Shown here piece after piece: positions 1 through 8,807 of a DNA stretch of 64,000 nt. The position numbers and the translations under genes are program-made. The DNA is from Planctomycetota bacterium (lineage in GTDB: Bacteria > Planctomycetota > UBA8108 > SXIK01), in the NCBI GenBank assembly GCA_965223265.1, contig OZ244999.1, positions 5,408,001 to 5,472,000 on the forward strand. The letters run 5' to 3'. How positions within the stretch are numbered: the first letter of the stretch is position 1; each line of letters opens with the position of its first letter. The notes under the pieces were generated by a model. It searched no databases. It had not been told where the DNA came from and was given only the letters and a program-made list of their open reading frames with translations.

Positions 1-211
1 AATCCGTATCTGGCGACACGAAGTCGATGAGGTGATAACGCACAGCCTGCCGATGAAGCGGCGACGGCTTGGCGGTGCCGATGTCCAGCTCGCGGTACAC
101 CTTCATCGAATCGAGCGACACGATCTCAGCACCGAGGCGCCCGGCGAGCTCGAACGCCAGCGACTCCTTGCCACTGGCGGTCGGCCCCGTGATGACCAAG
201 ATCGGATCCAT
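1..211 (-). CDS. miaA: tRNA dimethylallyltransferase, 5' part (runs off window start)
   Basis: Minus-strand translation from ATG at 211 (not in the ORF track): MDPILVITGPTASGKESLAFELAGRLGAEIVSLDSMKVYRELDIGTAKPS. Contains the GPTASGK, DSM.VY and DIGTAKP MiaA motifs. Confidence 0.95.
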   Translation of the reverse strand, partial: MDPILVITGPTASGKESLAFELAGRLGAEIVSLDSMKVYRELDIGTAKPSPLHRQAVRYHLIDFVSPDTD

Positions 212-396
212 CGCTGAGTTCGTCCTCGAAAAACTATGACGCGCCGCCGTCAGCATTATATTGCCGCCGGGGAGCCGTAGAACAGGGTGCACGCGGCCGC
301 AAGGGACTCCGATGCGGTGACGCCCAAGTGCCGACAGAGCCGCGACACACGTGTTCGGGGATCCGCGGCTGGATTGAGGTGGGCCGGGCGGAGACT

Positions 397-432
397 GCGT
401 TTGCGTGGGCGTGGGCGTGGGCGTGGGCGTGC
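397..432. repeat. GCGTTT/GCGTGG hexamer microsatellite (6 units)
   Basis: gcgttt (gcgtgg)4 gcgtgc; same unit types as 63768-63839. Confidence 0.9.
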
Positions 433-584
433 TAAAGTAGCAGGCACACTCCTGTACCCTTCTGAAGATCCTGCTCGACGGATAAGTTGAGTGCGAGGGG
501 GTGGACGTGTGGTGTGGACGGTCCACCCGGGGCGACCTGAGAAGCGACGACGTCACGACGCCTCTCAAGACGCTTGATCGTCTG

Positions 585-767
585 CTAGCCTGTTGAAAAA
601 GTGCTTCGAGCCGAAAACTGGTCTCTTCGCGTCCGGATCGGCTGCGGCAAACGGAGGCAATCTTCGGGCCCTCTTTTTTCGATTCTGATGGCGAGTATTG
701 ACGCGGTCGAGCTGGGCGTGAAGAGGCCAGTTTCTTCGGCCGAATGACTTTTTCAACGGGCTGCTAA
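585..767 (+). mobile_element. MITE-like palindromic element family A, copy 1 (loop type 1)
   Basis: CTAG-CCTGTTGAAAAAGTGCTTCG...CGAATGACTTTTTCAACGGGCTG-CTAA, with ~60-bp imperfect inverted arms. Near-identical to copies at 10641, 18365 and 30322. Confidence 0.85.
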
Positions 768-848
768 CGCTTCTTTGTGGCTGACTCGCTGAGCCTGCAG
801 ACAATGCGCCCGCTGTCTGCGCGGCGGGCGCAATCATCTAACTTCTAT

Positions 849-3185
849 CTATGAACCTTCGTCGGCGCTGTCCCCAGGCGATGATGCATGGCCCGTGTCG
901 GCGCTTTCATCGCGGCTGGCGTGCAGTCCACCAGACTCAGCGACTGAGACTCCGTCGCCACGAACGTGCAGGGTGTGGCGCGCGGGATCGAGTCGGATCG
1001 AGAGCACGAAAGACTCTTCGACGCCGTCGCCAAAGTTCGGTTGGGAAACGAAGATCTGCCGCAGATCAGGACTGAGCTCGCGCAGGACCTCGAGAGTCCC
1101 TGCGGCTCTCTGGTCATCCATCATCTTGAACGGCTCGTCGAGGAATACAAACTGCGCCTGATGGAGGCGTGAGGCGACAAAAGCTTGCGAGAGCGCCAGG
1201 CGCATCGCTAAGCGAAGCGCCTCTTGCGTCCCGCCGCTCAGCTCGCCAAGCGCGAGAAAATCGCTCTTCGTGCTCGAGAACACCCGCACGGTGAGCTCGT
1301 CATCAACTTTGACGTCGCGATATTGGCCCGCTGTGACGCGCGGCAAGACCACTTTCAGAAGTGCTGTCAACGCAGGCGCCACCTTCGCCCGAATGGCCGC
1401 GATTGTCTCGTCGACAAGACGCGTCGCCGCGAGGCGCGTGTCCATGCGACGCTGTACGCGAGCCGCCTCGAGTTCGACTTCCATGGTCTCGTCGAGCAAC
1501 TTTGCAGCACGCTGCTCTTGCGACTCACATTCGCGAATCTCGCTCAGGAGGCGGTCGTGATCACCGCGCTTCCTTCTCCCAGTCTTCTCCGTAGCATCGA
1601 GCTCCTTCGGTAGTCTTTGCGAGCGCTCCACAAGACGCCCACGTAGGGTGCGGTCGTTCTGAGCCAAGTCGCTGAGCTCGCGCGCGAGATCGTCACCACT
1701 CGAACTCTCCGTACCAGCGCTTCCGGCGTCGATCGCAGCCCGGGCAAGACTCGCCACTGACTCGCCATCCGTCTCCGCGAGTTGGGCGAGCTGCGCGTTA
1801 ACGCCGGCGACCTTAACGTCTTGCACCGCGTCGGCGAGCGACGATTGCAGTTGACGCAAGCGATCGAAATCGCGACGACACTCCTCCAGCGCAGACCGCA
1901 GCATCGCAATCGCCTGGCGTGCTCTGCTCCATGACAAGCACGAGCAGATCAGCCCGATCAAAGAGCCGACCGCGACAACACCACCTCCCCAGCGAAGAAT
2001 TGGCAGCACATCAGCAGGTAGGTTGGTCGGAGGCTTTACGCCAAGAAAGACGGCGACTGCACCAATGGTCAGAAACACAACCGCGGCCATAGAACACCTC
2101 GCCCACCGTCGCCGGCGTGCCAGCGCGCTTTGCCGTTCAGTCTCGATCTGACTCAATCGGGCCTGAGGACCTACCTCAGCGCCAGGGTCGAGCCCCTGCC
2201 CTAGCTCGGCGACGCGTGCAGCCACCGCGGCACGGACGTCGCGCCATGCTTCGAGTCGCTGACGGAGCGGACTGAGCCCATCGTACGAGCGATCGAACTC
2301 TTTCTTCCAAGACTCAGCGACCTCGGCACGTGTCCGCCTTGCTTCGTCCTCTTCACGCACGAGACGATTCACAATCTCGAGAGCGGCCTCGGCAGGTTTC
2401 GAAGCGAGCTTCTTTAGTTCTGCCGCGCGTCCTTCCAAACGTTTGGATTCCTTCTTGAGGGCCGCCAGCTCGCCCTTCTGCGCGGAAATCTGCTTTTCAG
2501 CTTCTTCTAGTGCATGGGCACACTCGTCACGTTTCGTGCGCAACTCGGTAAGTTTGGCAGCACCACGCTGAAGTCGAACGATCTGGTTCCGATTGAGCGA
2601 TAGCACCTTTTGCACTGAGGCGTGGTCGTGCTCGATCTCCTCATACCCCTCCATCAACCTCGCCTTCACCAGCCGCAGATCCGAAATGCCGCTAGCCTGT
2701 TCCAGAAAGTCGAGGCGCCCAGACCGACCGGCGCGCAGCTCATGCTGCGAGTGATAGAAAGAGTCTTGAAACTCCTCATAATCAAACCGGAGGCACTCGG
2801 CGACGAACTGCTGTACTTTCAAATTCCCAGTTGCCACGTCTTTGCGCGCCGGCAACTCGACGATGCGCACATAATTCGTCCCGCCCCGATCGATCTCGCG
2901 GTAGAGCATAAACTCGCGCGTCGAGCCACCACCATCGCACGGAGCCACAGCAAATCGCAGTTCGACGCTCAACGACTCGGCCCCCCAGCGAATCGCACGG
3001 CCGACAGGCTCATTCGGTCGATCGCTCAGATGGCCGAACAACGCGAAGACAACGAGTTCTCCGAGAGTGCTTTTACCGCTCTCATTGGCACCCTCGAGAC
3101 CGATGACACCACGTTCCGGCAAGTCTTCGACGAGAACTTGCTCGAAGCGCATGAAGTTTTCGGCTCGGATCGAACGAATGAGCAT
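849..3185 (-). CDS. SMC/Rad50-SbcC-like (YhaN-type) coiled-coil ATPase with two internal hydrophobic helices
   Basis: N-terminal ENF and Walker A GANESGKST; long coiled coil; C-terminal signature LSGG and Walker B FVFLDEPF; two hydrophobic stretches mid-protein. Confidence 0.88.
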   Translation of the reverse strand: MLIRSIRAENFMRFEQVLVEDLPERGVIGLEGANESGKSTLGELVVFALFGHLSDRPNEPVGRAIRWGAESLSVELRFAVAPCDGGGSTREFMLYREIDRGGTNYVRIVELPARKDVATGNLKVQQFVAECLRFDYEEFQDSFYHSQHELRAGRSGRLDFLEQASGISDLRLVKARLMEGYEEIEHDHASVQKVLSLNRNQIVRLQRGAAKLTELRTKRDECAHALEEAEKQISAQKGELAALKKESKRLEGRAAELKKLASKPAEAALEIVNRLVREEDEARRTRAEVAESWKKEFDRSYDGLSPLRQRLEAWRDVRAAVAARVAELGQGLDPGAEVGPQARLSQIETERQSALARRRRWARCSMAAVVFLTIGAVAVFLGVKPPTNLPADVLPILRWGGGVVAVGSLIGLICSCLSWSRARQAIAMLRSALEECRRDFDRLRQLQSSLADAVQDVKVAGVNAQLAQLAETDGESVASLARAAIDAGSAGTESSSGDDLARELSDLAQNDRTLRGRLVERSQRLPKELDATEKTGRRKRGDHDRLLSEIRECESQEQRAAKLLDETMEVELEAARVQRRMDTRLAATRLVDETIAAIRAKVAPALTALLKVVLPRVTAGQYRDVKVDDELTVRVFSSTKSDFLALGELSGGTQEALRLAMRLALSQAFVASRLHQAQFVFLDEPFKMMDDQRAAGTLEVLRELSPDLRQIFVSQPNFGDGVEESFVLSIRLDPARHTLHVRGDGVSVAESGGLHASRDESADTGHASSPGDSADEGS

Positions 3186-3194
3186 CGAAAAGAG

Positions 3195-3500
3195 TCAGGC
3201 TGGAGTGTCGTGGTCGTGGTTGGGATCTGATGGCGATGGCGTCTCGTGCGCCGGATCTTCCGCTGATGAAGTCGCCGTCGACGAAGCCGCCGTAGACGAG
3301 CGAATCGCTTCGAGTTGCTGCCGCACGAGCTCAAATGCGTCGTCGAGAAGTTCCGAGTTCCGCGACTCAGCTAGATTCTCGTACGTCGCACGCCGTCTCG
3401 CATACGTCTGCTCCAACTCTTCGAGCGGATCACGCAGGTCAATCTGTGAAAGCAAAAAGGAGGGGCTCTCCCTCCTCGAGTTGTCTTCGGTATCTGTCAT
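3195..3500 (-). CDS. small helical hypothetical protein, probably co-transcribed with the SMC-like ATPase
   Basis: 101-aa ATG ORF ending 9 bp before the ATPase start; helical core and low-complexity tail. Confidence 0.65.
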   Translation of the reverse strand: MTDTEDNSRRESPSFLLSQIDLRDPLEELEQTYARRRATYENLAESRNSELLDDAFELVRQQLEAIRSSTAASSTATSSAEDPAHETPSPSDPNHDHDTPA

Positions 3501-3716
3501 GGCGAGTTCAAGCTGTAGTTATCTGCAACGTGCGAGGCATAGGACGCAGGGCCGGGGGAACGAGAGCAGGCACCTTGTCGATGAGCGAGCGACGACCGGA
3601 ATTCGCCGATAAGCGACACACTACCGCTGCCAGATGAGTTCCTGCTCAAGTGCACTTAGCTGCTGCTGATTAGGTCAAAAGATAGACTACCTCGTTTCGA
3701 TCACCGAGATCCAGAT

Positions 3717-5051
3717 TCAGTCGGGAGCCAAGGCCATCTTGGTGCTTCTCAATGCGACATCCAGGCGCATGAGTTCCTCGAGCACTTCGTCGACCGATTG
3801 GAACCGGTTCGCCGGGTTCTTCTGCATCATACGTTCCACGAGCGCCTCCACTTCCGGAGGCACCTCTGGGCGAAGGTCCCGCATCGGCACCTTCCTACCG
3901 TCGAGAGCCTTGATCATGACTTCAATCGGACTTCGCCCATCAAACGGGACCCGTGACGTAATCATGCGGTACATCGTCACGCCAAGGCTATAGATGTCAG
4001 AACGAGCGTCGACCTTGCTGAAGTCCTTCGCCTGCTCCGGTGCCATGTAATACGGCGTGCCGAGGATCGACCCCGCATGCGTGATTCCGGCGGACTGCTC
4101 CGACATCCTCTTTGCGAGGCCTAGATCCGCGAGCTTTACGATTCCGTCCCGTGAGATCATGATGTTCTCGGGCTTGATATCGCGATGAATGATCCCTCGT
4201 CCGTGTGCGTGTCGAAGAGCGTGGCAAGACTGAATCATGATGTCGATCGTCTCGCCAACCTCAAAGCACTTACGCTCTTGGAGTATGTCCTTGAGGTTGC
4301 GTCCGTCGACGAACTCCATGACAAAATAGAACACGCCCTGCTGCTCGCCGACGTCATTGATGTGAACGATTCCACCGTGGCTCAGCTGCCCGGCAGCACG
4401 CGCCTCCAGAAAGAATCTTTTGACGAAGCTCTTGTCTTTCGCGAGCTCTTCTGCAAGCACCTTGACGGCCACCGTGCGCCCCAAATTGAGCTGCACGGCC
4501 TTATATACGGTTCCCATTCCACCGTTGGCGATTTTGGAGTCGATCTGGCAGCCGCCGAGGACGCGCCCGACGAACCGATCGCTCTCCTCGCCCTCCTGTG
4601 GCTCGCGCCGCCGTGGGGAGACCTCTTCCTTCGCCTCGGGAGGATTGCCACCCCGCGCTGCGGCGGCCGCGCGCTGCTGGAGTCGAGCTGAAGCCTCGGG
4701 GTCGACGAGAGTCAACGCGCTGCCGCATTCTGGACAATTGTCGCTGCTGCCGGGCGAGTACGCCGCTGGTCGAGACGTCGTGGCGCACGTTTCACACAAG
4801 AGCGTTAGAACGCCCAGTTCGGAGAGAGCCGCACGTAGGCCGGATTCATCGATCGATCCCGCCTCAATGAGCTGGCGGCCGAGCGCCAGCACCGACATTC
4901 CGCCTTTCGAATTTCGTCGATGTCTCGCTAGCGCTTCGTTAAACGCCAGGAGCGAGCACTTCTTACGCCGCAGCAAGACCTGACCGAGACGGGTCTCCAA
5001 CGAATTCGCGGATTTCGACATGCAGCGGCTCGTTTCTCTGCTCGTTGCCAT
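3717..5051 (-). CDS. Ser/Thr protein kinase with N-terminal MshEN-like repeats and CxxC..CxxC zinc ribbon
   Basis: ANGGMGTVY, VAVK, HRDIKPEN, DLG, GTPYYMAPEQ, DIYSLG; N-terminus RLGQVL / ALGRQLIEAGSI; CETC and CPEC. Start may be ATG 5021. Confidence 0.93.
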   Translation of the reverse strand: MATSRETSRCMSKSANSLETRLGQVLLRRKKCSLLAFNEALARHRRNSKGGMSVLALGRQLIEAGSIDESGLRAALSELGVLTLLCETCATTSRPAAYSPGSSDNCPECGSALTLVDPEASARLQQRAAAAARGGNPPEAKEEVSPRRREPQEGEESDRFVGRVLGGCQIDSKIANGGMGTVYKAVQLNLGRTVAVKVLAEELAKDKSFVKRFFLEARAAGQLSHGGIVHINDVGEQQGVFYFVMEFVDGRNLKDILQERKCFEVGETIDIMIQSCHALRHAHGRGIIHRDIKPENIMISRDGIVKLADLGLAKRMSEQSAGITHAGSILGTPYYMAPEQAKDFSKVDARSDIYSLGVTMYRMITSRVPFDGRSPIEVMIKALDGRKVPMRDLRPEVPPEVEALVERMMQKNPANRFQSVDEVLEELMRLDVALRSTKMALAPD

Positions 5052-5301
5052 CCAAGGCGAAGGGTTCAGAAACTCTCAGCTCTCCACACCGAGCGACTAC
5101 GACGATCGTGGCAGCTCAGAGAAGTCCGCTCAGCCCTCGCAAGCCGGACACGGCATCGCAGGGCTCGTCGAGCGTCACCACTCGTCCAGGGTGGACCGTG
5201 ATCATTCGCAACGGGATGGAGGCTGGTTCTCAGGCCTGCTTCCGCTGACCAGACGCGCGGCTTCCCACGCGGCGGTCGCGAGAGTCATCGACCTTTTCCA
5301 T

Positions 5302-5829
5302 TTATCCCCCGTGCGGGGCAGGAAACTTTAGATTCGCGAGACGGGAAGCCCATAGATCTTCGCGCCCCGAAAACGTCAGCGTCCGCCCCGTGGACGTCGG
5401 CATGTCGTTTCCGCCACTTCCCGTAAAACCGAAATCGACCCACAAACTCGTCGGAGGGAACACATCCGCGACGCGATCCGCCCACTCGACGACGACAATC
5501 GCACGGCCATCCTGGACTCTCTCGTCAAAGCCAAGGTCCAGAAACTCACCGGATGAACCCAAGCGATACGCATCGTAGTGATGCAGCGGGATGGTCGACG
5601 AGTAAATATGCTCGAGAACGTATGTTGGGCTGGCGACCGAAATCTCTGACGAAGTTCCGATACCTTCGACCAACCAACGCGTGAACGTCGTTTTGCCGCT
5701 TCCCAGGTCACCCGTCAGCCCCAAGACATCCCCGGCACGAAGACATACCGCGAGCGCCTGCGCCAGACACCGCGTGTCGTCTACGGACGCCACGTCGAAC
5801 ACTCGAAGCCGTGGTGGATTGTCTGCCAT
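5302..5829 (-). CDS. tsaE: tRNA threonylcarbamoyladenosine biosynthesis ATPase
   Basis: GDLGSGKTTF, SPTY, HYDAYRL and VVVEWA motifs; ATG 5829 preceded by AGAGGA. Confidence 0.93.
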   Translation of the reverse strand: MADNPPRLRVFDVASVDDTRCLAQALAVCLRAGDVLGLTGDLGSGKTTFTRWLVEGIGTSSEISVASPTYVLEHIYSSTIPLHHYDAYRLGSSGEFLDLGFDERVQDGRAIVVVEWADRVADVFPPTSLWVDFGFTGSGGNDMPTSTGRTLTFSGREDLWASRLANLKFPAPHGG

Positions 5830-5884
5830 ATCCTCTAGAAGCATCAGCCGGACACAGGGAACCGCGTGTCGGATTCGGCTTCGA

Positions 5885-6319
5885 TCAATCCCCCGCAGCC
5901 GGCCGTAGCTCCTTGCTTCGGCGCGCCTCAGGGTGTGGATCCGCGCTTGCGAATCTCTGAACCTCTTCGTTGGACGTCCAGTCCATACGCGGACAGTCAC
6001 CCCATAGAAGTTCGAGGTCGTAGAACGCGCGACTCTCTTCTTCGAAGAGATGCACGACAACATCGACAAGGTCGACGAGCACCCACTTCCCGTCGCGATA
6101 CCCTTCGACGCCGAAGCGGCTGACGTCCGATTCCCGTAGGAACTGAAAGAGGCGCGTCGCCGCAGCCTTTAAATGGCGCGGGTTACGACCAGAAGCGATG
6201 ACAAAGTAGTCGGTGATCCGCAATGGAGAGCCGACCTTCAGCACGCGGATGTCATCCATTTTCGCCTCATCCAAAATCCGCGCGCACGCGGCGGCCAGTT
6301 CCGCCGTGTTCACAACCAC
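5885..6319 (-). CDS. rsfS: ribosome silencing factor
   Basis: DYFVIASG, EG..WVLVDLVDVVVHLF, RAFYDLELLW; GTG start approximate. Confidence 0.93.
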   Translation of the reverse strand: MVVNTAELAAACARILDEAKMDDIRVLKVGSPLRITDYFVIASGRNPRHLKAAATRLFQFLRESDVSRFGVEGYRDGKWVLVDLVDVVVHLFEEESRAFYDLELLWGDCPRMDWTSNEEVQRFASADPHPEARRSKELRPAAGD

Positions 6320-6661
6320 CCGCGTATCCTGTCTACTGCTTTGCAAGAATCGCACCTCCTCCCGGCGCACAACCGGGCTGAAGAATCTTCTCGGTCGCGA
6401 AGCAAGCGTTTCTCGCCCGCGCGACCCGACTCAGAAAACTTCGACGCATCTCGCGTGCCACAACCTGACTTCATGGTAGCACGAATTCGACGCCACTCCT
6501 CGCCGAGACGGGGAAGTGACGCGACAGATTCCTTACAACTTTCCACTGAACATCGTGGACATCTCTGCGGTCGCCGGTTCGTTTCGCTAACAATAATGCA
6601 AACAACGTGCGAACGAAAACTGCTACATTCCTCGACATCAGTCTGAGTATACTACCGGTGT

Positions 6662-8134
6662 ATGGCGACCTTGCGCGGAAAAAACGGGCAACTAGCAGGG
6701 AAAGTTTTTCCGCTCTTCACCCTGCCTCGCGCCACCATTCTTGGGCGTGACGAGGAAGCGGATGTCCCCATCGCGGATCCGCGCTCGTCCAGACGGCACG
6801 CCGAGATCTCGTATCGCCACGGCATCTGGAGTCTTCGCGATCTCGAATCGAGCAACGGCACTTTCGTCGGCGGGCAGCGCGTTAAGCAGCAGCAACTGGT
6901 CGACGGCGCCTCCGTGCGCATTGGCCACCAGATTTTCCAGTTCAGCGCCACCGAAATCTCTCCCACCGAGATCGAGACGTTTCAAGACGCACGACTTGGA
7001 AAAGCCGTGCGCGAGCGCGCGGGTGTCGTCACCTACTTCGCGGCCACGCCTGGCGCTGCCGAACTCAGCCGCGTGGACCATCTTCACTCTGCGTCTCGAG
7101 TTTTCGATCCGCTCCACGGCCATATCGAACGTGCCTGCGCGGCCGCCCGAACGATGCAAGGCGACGGGATTCACCTCATCTCTGCGTTCGCGTTCGACCC
7201 CAAAGCGAAGCGCGCGACCGTGCTGCTGAGGGGCGCGACAGACGACCTCGCGAGCCAGCTCGACGTGATTCGTGGCCTGCCTCTACCGGCGCGCCTGCAG
7301 CTGACCGTCGAGATCGCGTCTATTGTACTCCGGCGCGCATCCCGCCCAGAGCTGCGCTACCCGTTGAGCCTGCACCAAGTGTTCCTGCGGCAGGAGCCCG
7401 ATCGTCCGCGGGCTTCTGTCGCTGCGTTCGAGATGGGCGCGTTCGTCGCAGCGGTCAGCGGCTTCTGCTCTCACCTGCCGGAATTCACCGCGTTCTTGGC
7501 TCCCGAGCAACAGGATGACAAGCCTCCGGCGCCGGAGATCGCCTACGCTTCGGTCCTTTACAGCCTGGGCGCTCTCCTCTATCAGCTCCTGACGGGAGAA
7601 CCGCCCATGGGACGAGGGGACCATCAAAGCATTCTCGAACGACACAAAAGCAAAGAAATCACGAACCCGCTGGACCTCGTGCGGGAGCTTCCCGCGGAGG
7701 TCGGCGAGTTGTTGCGGCGTTTGCTCCACAAGGACGTTCGCCAGAGGGTGATTCCCGCTGCCGAGATCATCGCGACCCTTCGGCGAGCTTGTGAGATCGG
7801 CGCCGCAGAAGCACCGCCGTCTGCGCCGGACCCGCGATCGTCAAGTCGTCCAGAGGAGACTCCCGGCGCCGATCATCGCCCCGTCGCGGTGGACGCTCCT
7901 GCCGGTGGCCTCGCCCCCTCGCAACTCGAAGTTGGAGCGCTGATGCGAAGGGAAACCAAAGCAGACGACGCGCGCCTCGTGGCTAGCGGCGGTTCACACG
8001 TGGCGCCGGAGCATGCATCGGCGCGCTGGGTCTATCTACCGTTTTGGATCCTCGCCTGGATCTTTCTTTTCTTCGCATCCAAACAGATCACCCTCTGGTT
8101 CCTCGCTGCGAGCAGCTCAACACCAGCCGGTTGA
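6662..8134 (+). CDS. FHA domain + degenerate kinase-like domain + C-terminal transmembrane helix
   Basis: FHA motifs ILGR, SRRHA, DLESSNGTFV; kinase C-lobe remnants FLAPEQ and YSLGALLYQLLTGEPP; hydrophobic C-terminus. Confidence 0.85.
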   Translation: MATLRGKNGQLAGKVFPLFTLPRATILGRDEEADVPIADPRSSRRHAEISYRHGIWSLRDLESSNGTFVGGQRVKQQQLVDGASVRIGHQIFQFSATEISPTEIETFQDARLGKAVRERAGVVTYFAATPGAAELSRVDHLHSASRVFDPLHGHIERACAAARTMQGDGIHLISAFAFDPKAKRATVLLRGATDDLASQLDVIRGLPLPARLQLTVEIASIVLRRASRPELRYPLSLHQVFLRQEPDRPRASVAAFEMGAFVAAVSGFCSHLPEFTAFLAPEQQDDKPPAPEIAYASVLYSLGALLYQLLTGEPPMGRGDHQSILERHKSKEITNPLDLVRELPAEVGELLRRLLHKDVRQRVIPAAEIIATLRRACEIGAAEAPPSAPDPRSSSRPEETPGADHRPVAVDAPAGGLAPSQLEVGALMRRETKADDARLVASGGSHVAPEHASARWVYLPFWILAWIFLFFASKQITLWFLAASSSTPAG

Positions 8135-8348
8135 AAAAACGCCCCCGAGACGCGCGCGGACGCATGTGCGCCGCGACGGGATCGAACGCGGCGAAGAGGA
8201 ACGACCACGAAACTCCTCCGCCGGCGCAACGTTCTCTTCACCGGCGACGTGGGTGAGTGCTCCCGCTGACAAATTCTCCTGAATCCCATCTTCCCCGAGG
8301 CGTTCCCTCTTTCGTGGAGCTTGAAAACGCAGACACAGCAGGGGTGGG

Positions 8349-8422
8349 CTTCTTTGTTGCCTTCTCTTCGGAAACTCTTCTATTCTTAAACACAAGGCCG
8401 CAGGCGGACTTCTTTGTTGCCT
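8349..8422. repeat. ~60-bp tandem/palindromic repeat unit (family C); second unit interrupted by element B and resuming at 8687-8735
   Basis: CTTCTTTGTTGCCT at 8349 and 8409; TTCGGAAACTCTTCTRTTCTTAAACACAA at 8367 and 8694; inverted repeat TGCCTCTGTT (8418) / AACAGAGGCA (8726). Confidence 0.7.
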
Positions 8423-8428
8423 CTGTTA

Positions 8429-8683
8429 CCTCGAGTTTGGCCATTTCGCGCCGGCCTGGCCGGACGAGTTTCGCGGGAATTCAACGGCCCTTTCGACTTT
8501 GTCGTACCCTGAGAACCCTTGTGCATGTTCAAAAACTCCTGTCCGGCCCTTCGGGGAACGCCAGGAGCGCCGATGCCTGCGCCCGTCCTCCGCCACGACC
8601 CGAGCGGGATCGCGCCCGAGTCGCTCCTTGGCCTCGACGCTCCTGGCGCTGGCAGGCTCGACGCGAAATGGCCAAACTCGAGG
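8429..8683 (+). mobile_element. MITE-like element family B, full copy (255 bp)
   Basis: 22-bp terminal inverted repeat CCTCGAGTTTGGCCATTTCGCG; TTA directly on both sides (8426-8428, 8684-8686); inverted copy at 30505-30763. Confidence 0.9.
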
Positions 8684-8807
8684 TTACCTTCTGTTCGGAA
8701 ACTCTTCTGTTCTTAAACACAAAGCAACAGAGGCAGCGAAGCGGGGCGTCTCGACGCTCGCTCCGTATTTCCCTTCCCAGTCGGGCGGATGGATTTTTCA
8801 ATGCCCA

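Noticed and set aside
32-217. 61-aa plus-strand ORF
   Set aside because: Antisense shadow of miaA, whose motifs are clear on the minus strand.
8349-8735. possible CRISPR array from the 29-bp AT-rich direct repeat
   Set aside because: Only two copies with irregular spacing explained by element B; no cas genes.
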